Positions 14,688 to 27,443 of a stretch of 64,000 nt of DNA are shown here, one piece after another. This DNA is from Octopus sinensis. Its lineage: Eukaryota. The position numbers and the translations under genes are program-made. The notes below the pieces were generated by a model, which saw nothing but the letters and a program-made list of their open reading frames with translations, ran no database searches and was not told the origin of the DNA. The stretch's first letter is position 1, and the number at the start of each line of letters is the position of its first letter. The stretch is from contig NC_043013.1 of NCBI RefSeq assembly GCF_006345805.1, positions 34,224,001 to 34,288,000 on the forward strand. Direction: 5' to 3'.

Positions 14688-14880
14688 ACCTTTTACTTGC
14701 TTCAGTCATTGGATTGCAGCCCTGCTGGGGTATCAGTCTGAAGGGCTTTTGGTCAAACAAAACAAAATCCAGGACTTGCTTTTGTTTTAATTCTAGTATT
14801 TATTCCTCACTCTCTTTTGACAAACTGCTAAGTTACAGCTATCTAGTGGTAGGGGTTGGAGAAATACAGACACAAACATC
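14688..14880 (-). mobile_element. Family A SINE 3' half followed by (TATC)n
   Basis: CTTTTACTTGCTTCAGTCATTGGATTGCAGCC is the reverse complement of the family A 3' end. Confidence 0.65.
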
Positions 14881-14885
14881 TATCT

Positions 14886-14949
<64 letters not shown>

Positions 14950-15649
14950 CCTCCCTACCTATCTATCTATTTATCTATCTATATATATATATGTGTGTGT
15001 GTGTAGTGTTGTTGTTTTCTTTTAATGATCTTCAGATTCTCTATCACCATTTTTATTTTCATATTATTTATACAACAGGGTAATGGTATGTGTGGCCGTT
15101 TCATTTTATTTGTGGTTTTTTTGTTTTCATTGAATTGGCTATTAATAGACATTAATTAAGAGAAGCCTCATTAAAATTTTCAAGTGTTTGTATATGACTC
15201 TGTATATGTGTATATATTTGTGTCAGACAATGTTTCTCATTTGCCTTGTTGCTTTTGTCATTAAATATCACGACTGCAACAGAGAAAACAAAACAAGAAA
15301 GCACCAAAGGAAGAGAAAAGTGGTAAACAATTACAGACAAAACAAGGAAAATAGAATTGTGTAAAAAAATAATGAAAAAAAAAATTTTTTTAAAAGCAAG
15401 AAATGTACTTGATTATTCATTCCATCTAATTAAACATTAACAGATTCTTGCAAGTCATATTCATGCATTTACATCTGTATGTATAGGTGAGTGTATATAA
15501 AGATCTCACATTTTAATTTAAGATTTGTATACGACAGTATTTTGTTTAATACACATAGAGAAATGCTCACATGCACACAACACACATAAAAACTTTTAAA
15601 TAAAATAATTACATCTTTAGTTTAGTAAGTACATTTATCAGTACTAAAA

Positions 15650-15817
15650 TTCATATGTATGTAAGTATGTATGTGTACATGTGTATATATATATATATAG
15701 TATATATATATATATATATATAGATATATATATATATATATATGTATATGTATGCATATATTGCATGTGAGTGTGTGTGTGTATATATATATGTATATAA
15801 GTATGTATATATATATG

Positions 15818-15850
<33 letters not shown>

Positions 15851-16065
15851 GTATATATTTATGTTACGATGATCCGGTTCTTGACTGAAGACTGAGGGTT
15901 CGAATGTCCTGTCCATGTTTATTGTATCGTCTTCTATGAGTTATACGTTCTTGTCCATGTTGTATTTTTCTACATACCTTAATATATATATGTATATATA
16001 TATGTATCTATATATATGCATATATAGATATGTATATATATATGTATATATATATATATATATAT

Positions 16066-16103
<38 letters not shown>

Positions 16104-16225
16104 GTATGTATAACTGGATGTGTAGTAAATATTCCATTCAGATTTTAGTTCATATTGTTTATTGTGCTAAACTCTCACTGTTGCGTGTCTACATGCCCCT
16201 ACACATATTAAATATATACACACAG

Positions 16226-16280
<55 letters not shown>

Positions 16281-16400
16281 ATATACATATATACATATAG
16301 ACACACAAACACACACATATACATATATATCAATATACATTTATATGTGTGTGTGAGTGTGAGTATGTCTGTGTGTGGGGTGTCTGTGTGTGTGCATGTA
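15650..16400. repeat. (TA)n/(TG)n/(GA)n microsatellite field
   Basis: Directly visible. Confidence 0.9.
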
Positions 16401-16504
16401 TTAATAAAAGTATAAACAAAGGATTGTTTTGAATGAAATTCTATATGTAAAATATATACAGTATGTTTAATCTCACACAGAGAATTTAATCTCTGATCGA
16501 TATA

Positions 16505-16690
16505 GCTTTGTGATTGGACTCAAAATCGTAAGATTGTGGTTTTGCTTCCTGGACTGGGTGTTCTTGAGCAAATCATTGCATGTTGCTCCCGTCCACTCAT
16601 GTGGTAAGAATTAATAGCCCTGCAATGAACTGATGTCCTGTCCAGGGAGGAATATATATGCCACAGAATCAGGGAAACTGGCCCTATGCT
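16505..16690 (+). mobile_element. Degenerate tRNA-headed SINE of a third family; related head at 56455-56525
   Basis: GGACTCAAAATCGTAAGATTGTGGTTTTGCTTCCTGGAC...TTCTTGAGCAA...GCCCTGCAATGAACTGATGTCCTGTCCAGGG. The 56455 copy has GTTCAGTGGTTAGAGCA and GAGTTTGATTCCTGGAC box-like motifs. Confidence 0.4.
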
Positions 16691-17090
16691 CCTTACAGAG
16701 CAATGTGGAATATCCATCTCGCTTTTGGCCTACACCTAGGGCTCCTTCCAGTTGGCTCAGCTTGAAGAATCCATCTTGTGATACTTTCCTGTAATATTAT
16801 CATTACATGTGTTTAGTACTGGAAATTCTAAAATCAATTTTATAAGCACCAACATTTTATTGATTAAATTTGAGCAAGTGTTAATTGTTAGAATTTATTC
16901 ATGCATGTAGAGCCTTATAATTAGATGTGTATGTTTAGGTTTGTCATCTTCAGGTCATAGGGGTTCACAAAGAATGTAGTTAAGTTGTTGGTCAGCGAAT
17001 CAGTGAATAGTTTTGGTTGTTGCTGGTTTTTGTTTGAATATTAATAGGATATTTAAATTTTGCTAAATACATACATGCATGCATAAATGC

Positions 17091-17141
<51 letters not shown>

Positions 17142-17430
17142 CGAACAGACTAACAGATAGACATAAAGTGGGAGAGAGGGAGGCAATTATTTTTATGCAA
17201 TAAAAATATCTATTTAGCAAAACATTCTAAGAATTGAGCAGTGTGTGTCATGAAAAGCTGGATAATATCTATATTTAAAATAATTTCGCTCATATATATA
17301 TATATAAATATATAAATACATATATATATATGTATATATATGTGTGTGTGCATGTGTGTCTGTGTGTATATATATATGTGTATGTGTGTGTATATGTGTG
17401 TGTGTGTATATGTGTATACATATGTGTGTG

Positions 17431-17469
<39 letters not shown>

Positions 17470-18055
17470 TATTTTATTATTTTATGTAGAATTATTTAAT
17501 TATCAACATAATTGCAAATAAAATACTTAAAAAATTGCAGAATTTCTAAATCATAGGCTTAAATGTGATACAGAATTTATTTTTACATCTTCATAATCTG
17601 TGTTTAAATCTTGTTAAGAATGACATCATATTAATTCATCAATATTTGATAAATTAATTACTCATCTTAGTTTAGACTTTAGAGAATCAACTTTTATTTC
17701 ACTCCACCCATTCAAACACTGACCTTCTTCCCAAATGAATAATAAAAAGAGATGATTTTGATAAATTAATATTACTGGGTGTTGTTCATGTTTTTGGTAC
17801 GTGTCCACCATTGTTGAGCAAATCTATAACTAAAGCAGATCATGGCCGTCCTTTCTTTCAGAAATTATAATGATTTACATCATCTAATGCATGTTCCTTA
17901 TTTTATGAGATGGTACTGGGTGATCTGAAGGAAATTTGGTTGTTATGTTTAGACTAGTGAATGACCATGTAAAAGTAATGTGGCTGTCTTAAGAAGAAGA
18001 ACAACAACAACAGCAACAACCACAACAACAATAATATTGATATTAATCCTTTTTA

Positions 18056-19319
18056 AAGTGGTGAGTTGGCAGACTTATTAGCATGCTGGGCAGAATGCTT
18101 TGCAGCATTTCATGTCTTTATGTTCTGAGTTCAATTTCTGCCAAGGCCCACTATGTTTTCCATTCCTTTGGGGATCAATAAAATAATTACCAGTTGAGTA
18201 CTGGGATCAATGTAATCAACTAATCTCCTCCCCCAAAATTGCTGGCCCTGTGCCAAAATTTTAAGCCAGTATTAATCCCTTCTGCTATAGGCACAAGGCC
18301 TTAAAAATTTTGGGGGATAGGGGGGGCTAGTGGATTACATCAACCTTAGTGTGCAACTAGTACTTAGTTTATTAATTTCAAAAGGAGGAAAGGCAAAGTT
18401 AAGCTTAGCAGAATTTGAAATAATGCCAAGCATTTTGGATGGTGGGTTAATGATTCTGCCAGTTCAACCCAATAGTAATCATAACAAGAGCACTCAGATA
18501 GTGCAAACTACCGCCAAGGCAACACCAATGTTCTCTCATCGATTAGCCCAGATATGATTTTCAAAATGAGAATATCTGAAATAAATTTGACTGCTCTCAC
18601 AAATGAGAATATTAAAAATAAACCCGGCCGCTCTCAATAATTAAGTAAAAAAGAAAAAAAAAAAACAGAAAAAATAATCCAGAATCCTTTTCTGGTACCA
18701 GATCAATCCCAAAATCTGATCGGTTTGTGCCCAGTCATGGGGCGAAACATTCCTGAAAGTTTCATCCAAATCCATCCAGCAGTTCTTGAGATATCTTGTC
18801 CACAAACAAACAATCAAACACACACAACTGAAAACAATAGCTCTGCCTTCACGAAGGCGAAGATAATAATGATACTTTCTAATATAAGCACAAAGCCAGC
18901 AACTTTGAAAGCAGAAGATAGTCAATTACATCGACCCCAGTAGTTGACGGTTACTTATGTTATCAACACCAAAAGGATGTAAAGTAAAGTCAACCTCGGT
19001 GGAATTTGAACTCAGAACTTAATGACGGATGGAATGCCACTAAGAATTTTGCCTGTAATGCTAACGATTCTGCCAGCTCATCATCTTAATAATCATAATA
19101 ATAATTCTTTCTACTAAAAGCACAAGGCCTGAAATTTTGGAGGAGGGGACTGGTCAATTATATCAACCCCAGTATGTCACTGGTACTTAGTTTATCTACC
19201 TCAAAAGGGTGAAAGGCAAAGTCAGCAAAGGCAGAATTTGAACTCAGTGTGTTAAGATGGATGAAATACCACTCAGCATTTAGCCTGGCATGCTAACGAT
19301 TCTGCCAGCTCCCCATCTC
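18056..19319. mobile_element. Family B SINE cluster: + 18056-18270, - 18285-18435, - 18875-19085, - 19107-19319
   Basis: Family B head, central domain and tail recognisable in each copy. Confidence 0.8.
18670..18870 (-). mobile_element. Non-autonomous Helentron/HINE-like element
   Basis: Terminal hairpin GCCTTC-AC-GAAGGC (18845-18858) next to ATTATT, a (CAAA)-like microsatellite, and AAAGTTTCATCCAAATCCATCCAGCAGTTCTTGAGATATC, which resembles DINE-1/HINE-type internal motifs. Confidence 0.5.
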
Positions 19320-19972
19320 AATGATCACTGTAATAATGATGCCTTAAATTAAGCAGTAAACCAGATTAAAATAGCTGACTCTACTTAATTCAATACAAAA
19401 AAATTAAATACCAGTCATGTACGGTGGTCACTGCAGTTATTAAACCTCTCTTCCAAAATATAGTGATTATGTAAAAAAAAGCAATTAGTATTATTATGAT
19501 CAACATGGCTAATGACAAAATTAGTTGAAGTACTCAATAAATGCATTAGAGTATACAACCACATTGCTTTACATTTTGATTTCAGATCCTTCGGTGAATC
19601 ACTTTTTTTTTATTATTCCAGATTCCAGAGGCCAACTGAATCATTACCAGTTATATACTGGGATTTGCATAATCAAGCTTATAACATTCTTCTGTAATGT
19701 GTAGCTCATGTGTAAGTGATGGATTATATGATAATGAGTTGTTAATTGTTAATGCCATAAGAATTTAGAAACTTTGTGTGAACATGAAATAATTCTTTTT
19801 AAACTCTGTGAATCTTGAAGTAAATAGAGCTATAAATAAGAGTGTGTAAACATTGGGTTAAAATCCTTCTGGACCAAAAAAAATGTGGAAGGCTGCTCAT
19901 GGGCAGCTTTGTATGCTTTGGGCTTCGCTGTTTCACAAAAGAATTTCTCCTCCTCATCATCCTCATAATCAT

Positions 19973-20145
19973 CGTCATTTAATGTCCATTTTCCACACTG
20001 ACATGGGTTGGACAGTTTTGACAGGAATGACAAGGCCAGGAGCCACACCTGGTTCCATAGTCTGTTTTGGCATGGTTTCTGCAGCTGGATGCCCTTCCTA
20101 ATGCCAAACACATAACAGAGCGGCACCATCACCAGTGCTTTTTAA
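19973..20145 (-). mobile_element. RTE 3' UTR fragment
   Basis: CATCGTCATTTAATGTCCATTTTCCACACTGACATGGGTTGGAC...CTGGATGCCCTTCCTAATGCCAA, homologous to 4494-4850. Confidence 0.75.
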
Positions 20146-20194
20146 AAAAAAAAAATTCTTTGGGATTATTGGAGAGGTTGAAGAATAATTATTG

Positions 20195-20790
20195 GACCAG
20201 GCAGCAAAGTTGCAAAAACGTTAGCACACCGGGTGAAATGCTTAGCAGTATTTTGTCTGGCCTTATGTTCTGAGTTCAAATTCTGTCAAAGTCAACTTTG
20301 CCTTTCATCCTTTCGAGGTTGATAAATTAACTACCAGTTGAGTACTGGGATCAATCTAATCGACTGGTCCCCTTCCCTCAGAATTTCGGACTTTGTGCCA
20401 AGAGTAGAAAAGTGGTGGTGAGCTGGCAGAAACGTTAGCATGCTGGGCAAAATGCTTAGCGGTATTTCGTCTGTCTTTACATTCTGAGTTCAAATTCCGC
20501 TGAGGTTGACTTTGCCTTTCATCCTTTCAGGGTCGAAGTAATCGACTTATTCCCTTTGTCTGTCCTTGTTTGTCCCCTCTATGTTTAGCCCCCTGTGGAC
20601 AATAAAGAAATGAGAGTAGAAAAGAATCATTATTGCACCAGGCACTTCTGGTTCTTTAGAGTTTAAGTTCAAATGCTGCCAGAGTCGTCTTTGCCTTCCA
20701 TTCTTTCAGGGTCAGTGAAATAATGGGGTTTATATATTCAATCAAATCCCTTCCCTCAAAATTGAAATCCGTGTGCGAAAATTAGAAAGA
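20195..20790 (+). mobile_element. Three tandem family B SINE copies (20195-20412 tail 2; 20413-20612 tail 1; degenerate 20640-20790)
   Basis: Repeated head, central domain and tail. The second copy begins directly after the AGAGTAGAAAAG tail of the first. Confidence 0.8.
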
Positions 20791-21405
20791 AATATTTTTA
20801 ACCTATAATTGATATGTTTTTCATAAAATAATGTACCATACCATTATAAACAATTCTCCCTCCACACTAACATGAACTCTACCATTAATTCATTATCATA
20901 TACAACATCATCATCATAATCATCATCAACAACGTCATCATTATCTTTATTGGGAAGAACATCAAAAACAATTGTATTTCTTCTGCTCCACCATCATATT
21001 CACAAAATGGCTTTGCTCGAATATGAATTGGAAAGAATGTTTTGCAAAGGAAATGATAAATAAGTATTTTAATAAAACAATTTCTCTTTAAATGCAATTG
21101 ATTTTGTTTTCTTTTATTATTTTCTTTGTTTGCTTTCTTTAATTTTTTTTTTTTTTTTTTGAAGCTTCAAAGTCATTTCATACACAGTTTTTTATTGATA
21201 TTTGAAGAAATGAAAATGTAGCAAAAGAGTAATGAAATGAAAAAAATATTATCAATAAAAAGTAGAAATTTAAATAATTAAACAAAAACACATTTCATAT
21301 TAATATATGAAAATGTGCTTTTGTTTTTTTTTTCTTACTGATCAATACATATATTTCTCCCACTAACATCAAACCAAAATCAAATTATATACACACATAC
21401 ATACC

Positions 21406-21477
<72 letters not shown>

Positions 21478-22269
21478 ATATATTATATATATATATACTT
21501 AGATACACTCATATATTCATAGACATACATATACTTATATACCAGAGAGAGTGAGAGGGGGAGGTAAAGAGTTATGTAGATATAAAAACTTACATGTCTG
21601 TGGCGGTAAATGCTAGAGGACATGACAAGTGTCACTTCCTATCAAAAACAATTCTTTTTCCCCAAAAATGCATTAAAAATAATTGCTAAGTCGTCTATCA
21701 TTATTATCATCATCACCACCGACGTCACTATCATCATCAAAATTATTATCATAATCATCATCACAATTATTATTATTATTGTTGTCATCATCATCATCAT
21801 CATCATCATTATCATAATCAGAATTATTATGACTGCAACCACAGTCATCATCATCACGGTCAATACCATTCTCTTGAAATATTATTTTCTTCATTTACGC
21901 ATTTGTTTGTTCTTTTCTTTTTTTGATTCCTACTCAATTCCAACTTAATGGTTACCTTTATATTGATTGCATCCTGCTTGATGTAGTCATCATTATTATT
22001 ATTATCATTATTATTATTATTATTAGTATTAGTATTATTGACATAAGAATTTATAAGCTTTTGAGAGAATGTGAAATAATCCTTAGATTTTTGGTTGGAA
22101 CTGTGGATCTTGAAGCATACATAAAGCTATGAATAATTGCTTGTATATTGTGTTGAGAAACCCATTTGGATAGAAAATATCAGTAAGGGTCGTGTGTTCA
22201 TGTCCCATGGATGCTTTTGCCTTTTTCCATTCAAAAGGGTTCTTCAACTTGATATTATTTATAGCTTTA

Positions 22270-22460
22270 TAAGGTGGCAAGCTAGCAGAATTCTTAGGAC
22301 ACTGGGGAAAAATGCTTAGTGGCATTTCGTAAATTTTTATGTTCTGAGTTCAAATTTCACTAGGGTCCATGATACAAGTACCACTTAAACTCTGTGGTTA
22401 ATGTAATCAACTTCCCTCTCTCCTCAAAAATTAGATCTGTACCAAAATGTGAGACATTAT
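22270..22460 (+). mobile_element. Family B SINE, degenerate
   Basis: AAGGTGGCAAGCTAGCAGAA head and TTCTGAGTTCAAATT box. Confidence 0.65.
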
Positions 22461-22547
22461 GTATGTTTCAAAATCCACTGTCCTTCACACCAAAAAAAAA
22501 AAAAAGAATTACCATTATTTTTATTATTACCATAATGTCTACATATA

Positions 22548-23834
22548 TCAGGTCATCACATAAGTTCTGTCCGATTTTACCCTTTTTAAAAGTGAATGAA
22601 ATTTGATAGTATTTTAGAATATCTAATGAAATTAAAAATTATTTTTATGCATTTGTGTACATTTAAACTAATTAAATATTATTTTACAGAATAATAAAAT
22701 TGAAATTTCTTTGATTAAAACCCTTTCTAACATGGAAGTATCCAAAGAGCATTTGAGGCACATAATACTTTATGAGTACAAAAAAAGGAAACTCTGCAGC
22801 CGAAGCAACTTGAAACCTACACTCAGTTTATGTGAAAGAATGCTTGAATGAAAGAACTTGCAGAAGATGGTTTTCAAAATTCAGAAGTGGAGATTTCAGC
22901 CTTGAAGATGAAGATTGAACAGGACATCCAGTTGAGTTTGATGATAAGCACCTTGAGGCACTACTTGAAGAAAATCCTTCATTATTAGTAGAAGAATTGG
23001 CAATAAAGCGTAGTTCAAACCACACACCTGTTCATTGTCATCTTCAACAACTTGGAAAGGTTCCTAAACTTGGAAAATGGGTGCCTCATGAATTGTCTGA
23101 AAGCAACTGCAAATCTCGAGTTGACATCTGCTCTTCTCTCCATTCTCGCGAACGCATTTCACCCTTTATGAATAGACTTGTGACTGGTGATGCAAAATGG
23201 AACTTATATCGAAATGTTAAATGTTGTAAACAGTGGCTTGGTAAAAGGGAAGAAGCTCAACCACAACCAAGAAGAGAACTTCATGGAAAAAGGTTCTTCT
23301 CTCTATCTGGTGGGATTGCAAAGGAGTAATTCGCTTTGAATTGTTACCACCTAATGCAACAATCAATGCCCAAGTCTACTGTCAGCAATTAGAGTGTTTG
23401 AACCAAGGTTTAAAGAAAAAGGACCCGCTTTAGTGAATCAAAAAGGAGTGATGTTTCATCAGGACAATGTGTGACTTCACGCTGCAAAGATCACATCACA
23501 GAAGATTGAAGAACTTGGTTGGGTTAATATCCCTCATCCACCTTATTCTCCTGACCTTGCTACTTCAGACTACCATTTGTTTCATAGTTTACAGAATCAT
23601 TTGGGGAACATAGCTTTCGCAAGCCAGGAGGAGGTCAAAACTGACATTTCAGAGTTCCTCGCTTTGAAACCAAAAGAGTTTTACATTGATGGGATTAAAA
23701 AGCTTGTAAATAGATGGAAGGAATTCATAGATAATTAGGGAAAGTACATTAATGATTAAATTTCAATTAAATGTAACATTTGATCACTTGTTTTCTTTGT
23801 TCAAAATTTGGACAGAACTTATGGGATGACCTGA
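22548..23834 (+). mobile_element. Full-length mariner (Tc1/mariner DD34D) transposon, 1287 bp, inactive
   Basis: TIR TCAGGTCATC(A/C)CATAAGTTCTGTCC at both ends, flanked by TA at 22546-47 and 23835-36. Internal transposase motifs are present. Confidence 0.95.
22732..23759 (+). pseudogene. Mariner transposase pseudogene, resembling the mellifera subfamily
   Basis: MEVSKEHLRHIILYEY, RWFSKFRSGDFSLED, WVPHEL, VTGDAKW, FHQDNV, PHPPYSPDLATSDYHLF. There are 34 residues between the 2nd and 3rd Asp, at least 4 in-frame stops and several frameshifts. Confidence 0.92.
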
Positions 23835-24684
23835 TAGCCGAAGAGGTAGAGTACTGAATGAATCACCTGGCACTATGTATTTTATACTTTAAATTCTGAG
23901 TTCAAATTATGTTTAGTTTTGCTGAAGTACTAGTGAAAAGCTAATTATTAAGTCAACAATAATTTTGTCATTAAATTTAAAGCTTTGTAGCTTTTTTCAG
24001 CTCTAAGTTCTGAGTTCAAATGTCACCAAGGTTTGAATTTACTTTTCATCATTTTAGGGTTAATAAATCAAGTATCAGCCAAGCACAGTGGTCAATGTAA
24101 TTGACTTGCCCCCATATATGGACTTTAATGGTGCAGGGGCCCACTTGCCATCGGTGCAAGTTGGCAGCCTGGCCTGTCTGCCACTGCTGACAACTCTGTT
24201 GACTTGATTCTAAGCTTACTTCATACCAGGCTAAATGATAATATAACAGAATTTAAAATAAATTCTGCTAGGACATCTCACTTTCTTCTCCAGAACTGAT
24301 AAAATCAGTACCAGTCATATGCTTGGGTTGATCCTATTGCCTAAGCTTGTTTTTCCACCATCTATACATACCTCTCCTACAAATCTGTTGACCTTGTGTA
24401 ATAAATCATTATTGTCATTACAATAACAGCAGCAATAACAACAGCAACAATAACAGTAACTGCTATATTAACAACTTACAGTGATTAATAACGAGAAAAT
24501 GATAGGAGAGGAAGATGGAAGAGAGTGGGGGTAGTAGGAAGAAGAAGAAGAAGAAGAAGGAGAAAGGGAAGAGCTACGAAATAATTATTAACAGAAAATA
24601 AAAGTTAATATAATAACTAAATAGATAAATCAATACATAAGCAAATAAATAAATAAAACGAAAAATAAAAGCTAGTGAAAATAG

Positions 24685-24716
<32 letters not shown>

Positions 24717-25125
24717 TGTGTGTGTGTGTGTGCAAGAGAGGGTGAATGAAAGGGAAATACAAAAATGATGAAATTAAATAAAGAAAAATTAGAAATAAAA
24801 AGATGTCTTTCTGTTATTTCATAAGCATCTCGCTTTTTTTTTTTCCTTTACCATTTTTTTGAGCTTATGCACCACTATGTCTCCAAACTCTCCCACGTCC
24901 GTTCACCCCGTCCCCATCCATCTTCACCCTCCTTCCGCACCCGCACCTCCGCCTCACATTCCTCGCTATTGTAACGAAAACTTTTGTGATCAATTTATAT
25001 TTTCTGTCAGGTCTTGATGCCAAAGTGAGTTATGAATTTCATACATTTTATGTAAGTCTTTAAATTACTGACTCATTTTCATTGTAATAATAATAATGAT
25101 GATGATATTGATGATGATGATGATG

Positions 25126-25167
<42 letters not shown>

Positions 25168-25169
25168 GT

Positions 25170-25272
25170 CCTTTCTACTATAGGCACATGGCCTGAAATT
25201 TTGAGATAGGGGACTAGTCGATTACATTGACTCCAGTGCTCGACCCCGAAAGGATGAAAAGCAAAATGATGA

Positions 25273-25304
<32 letters not shown>

Positions 25305-26530
25305 CAAAGTTTAGCCGAAGGTCAGTAATTTTGGGGTGTGCAGATAAGTCAATTACATTAATTTCGGTGATTGACTGTTACTTATTTTATTGTCCCAGAA
25401 AGGGATGAAAGCAAAGTCAACTTTGGCAGAATTTGAACTCAGAACATAATGATGGACGAAATGCTGCTAAGCATTTTTCCCAGCATGCTAATTATTGTGC
25501 CAGCTTGCCGCCTTATCAATAATAATAATAATAATAATAATAATAATTCGTTCATTTATTGGCCACAAGGGCTAACAAAAATCAATTAAAACATAAAGGG
25601 ACAAGACACAGGACGAAAGTTACGAAGGGTTTTGTACGTTTGAAAAAGTCCGTGTACAAAAGCAGGATAACAACGAAATGTAAGTAACAATTAAAACTCC
25701 CAATAGGGGGAGGCACTTTGAAAGGATACTCGTGGAAAAACCCATAAAAGCCACAGGAGCCTGGTCAAAAGGGCGGGGGGTAGAGAGCCCCTTTCTCCTT
25801 TTATATTTCCTTTTAATTTTCACAGGTGTATCCTCAGAATTGGTCTGTTCATACTGGCCATTCTTAAGATGGCCTGAAATTATGAGGGAGGTGGGGATAG
25901 TTGATTTCATTGACCCCGGTACTCAACTGGTACTTATTTTCTTGACCCCCAAAAGGGTGAAAGGCAAAGCCAACCTCAGTGGAATTTGAACTCAGAACAT
26001 GAAGATAGATAATTTTTTTTCACAGAATGCTAATGAGTCTGCCAGCTCGCCGTTTTAATAATAATAATAACCTTTTCTACTATAGACACAGGGACCTGAA
26101 ATTTGGGAGAGGGGGCTAGTTGATTGATACTTATTTTATTGACCATGAAAGAATCAAAAGGCTAAGTCGACCTTGGTGGAATTTGAGCTCTGAACGTACC
26201 CACAGGTGAAATGTAGCAGAGCATCTTGCCTGGTGTGCAAACAATTCTGTCGGCTCAACACCTTTTTAATAATGATAATAATAATAATAATAATAATAAT
26301 TCCTTTATTGCCCACAGAGGGCTAAACATAGAGGGGATAAACAAGGACAGACAAAAGAACTAAGTCGATTACATTGACTCCAGAGCATAACTGTTACTTA
26401 TTTAATCGACGCCGAAAGAATGTAAGGCAAACTCGACCTTGGTGGAATTTGAACTCAGAACATTATCGATAGGCAAAATACAGCAAAGCATCTTGTCTGG
26501 TGTGCCAACGATTCTGCCAGCTCACCACCT
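25170..26530 (-). mobile_element. Pile-up of five minus-strand family B SINEs (25170-25265, 25300-25513, 25860-26055, 26070-26270, 26300-26530)
   Basis: Each shows the reverse-complement head (CTGCCAGCTC/TGCC.CCTT) and central domain. Copies are separated by (AAT)n or (GAT)n tracts. Confidence 0.8.
25552..25775 (-). mobile_element. Probable LINE 3' UTR fragment ending in AATAAA plus an (ATT)n tail
   Basis: The minus strand ends GTTAGCCCTTGTGGCCAATAAATGAA followed by (ATT)n, preceded by a T-rich UTR-like stretch. No ORF support. Confidence 0.4.
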
Positions 26531-26532
26531 AT

Positions 26533-26577
<45 letters not shown>

Positions 26578-26950
26578 GTAATGCCGACAACTGCAGCAAA
26601 CAAGAACAATGAACTATAAACTCTTAACCATTAACATCAAAAACATCACACACACACACACAAAACACACAAAATAACAATGCAAAGCAATTATTTCATT
26701 ACTTATTCATAGCTGCATCTGTTTGTATGTATATAAGCTAGTGTGTGTGTGTGTGTGTGTGTTTGTATGCACACTTGTGTGTATGTGTTTGTGTGCACAT
26801 TTCTGTGTTTGTGTTGTTTTATCTTTTTAAATTTAATTTCAACATCTTAATGGATTTTCTTGCTCATCATCAAGAGTAACAGCCTCACCAACCTCATCAT
26901 CATCATCATTATTATTATTTTTATCATTATTGTTGTTGTTATTGTTATTG

Positions 26951-26986
<36 letters not shown>

Positions 26987-27105
26987 TGTTGCAGTCATTA
27001 CTGTTATTACTTACCATTATTATTACTAATACTTATAACCATCATCTTTATCAAAATTTCTTTTATCATTATTAGTATTATTGGTAGTTGTAGTAGTATT
27101 AGTGC

Positions 27106-27147
<42 letters not shown>

Positions 27148-27392
27148 TCAAGCATTCTGTTTAACCACTTTTGCATTGTAATTTTTATATATTTATTAAA
27201 CTCATATAAAAGAGGAAAAACATCCTTTCAATTTTTGTGAATAAAGTTTTCATTATGAAATAGTGTAAGGCATGTGAAGTAGAATATATATATATATATA
27301 TATATATATACTTATATGTACACATATATGTACACACACATACACCTTTCTCTCTCTCTCTCTCTAAACACACACACACGCACACACACAAA

Positions 27393-27443
<51 letters not shown>

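Noticed and set aside
19586-19712. Acceptor/donor-bounded candidate exon
   Set aside because: All three frames hit stops before the GTAAGT donor.
25815-25845. Minus-strand CTGAGGA...GAAA as a hammerhead
   Set aside because: Stem II has only 2 bp without a G-C closing pair, and stem I is negligible. Consistent with chance.
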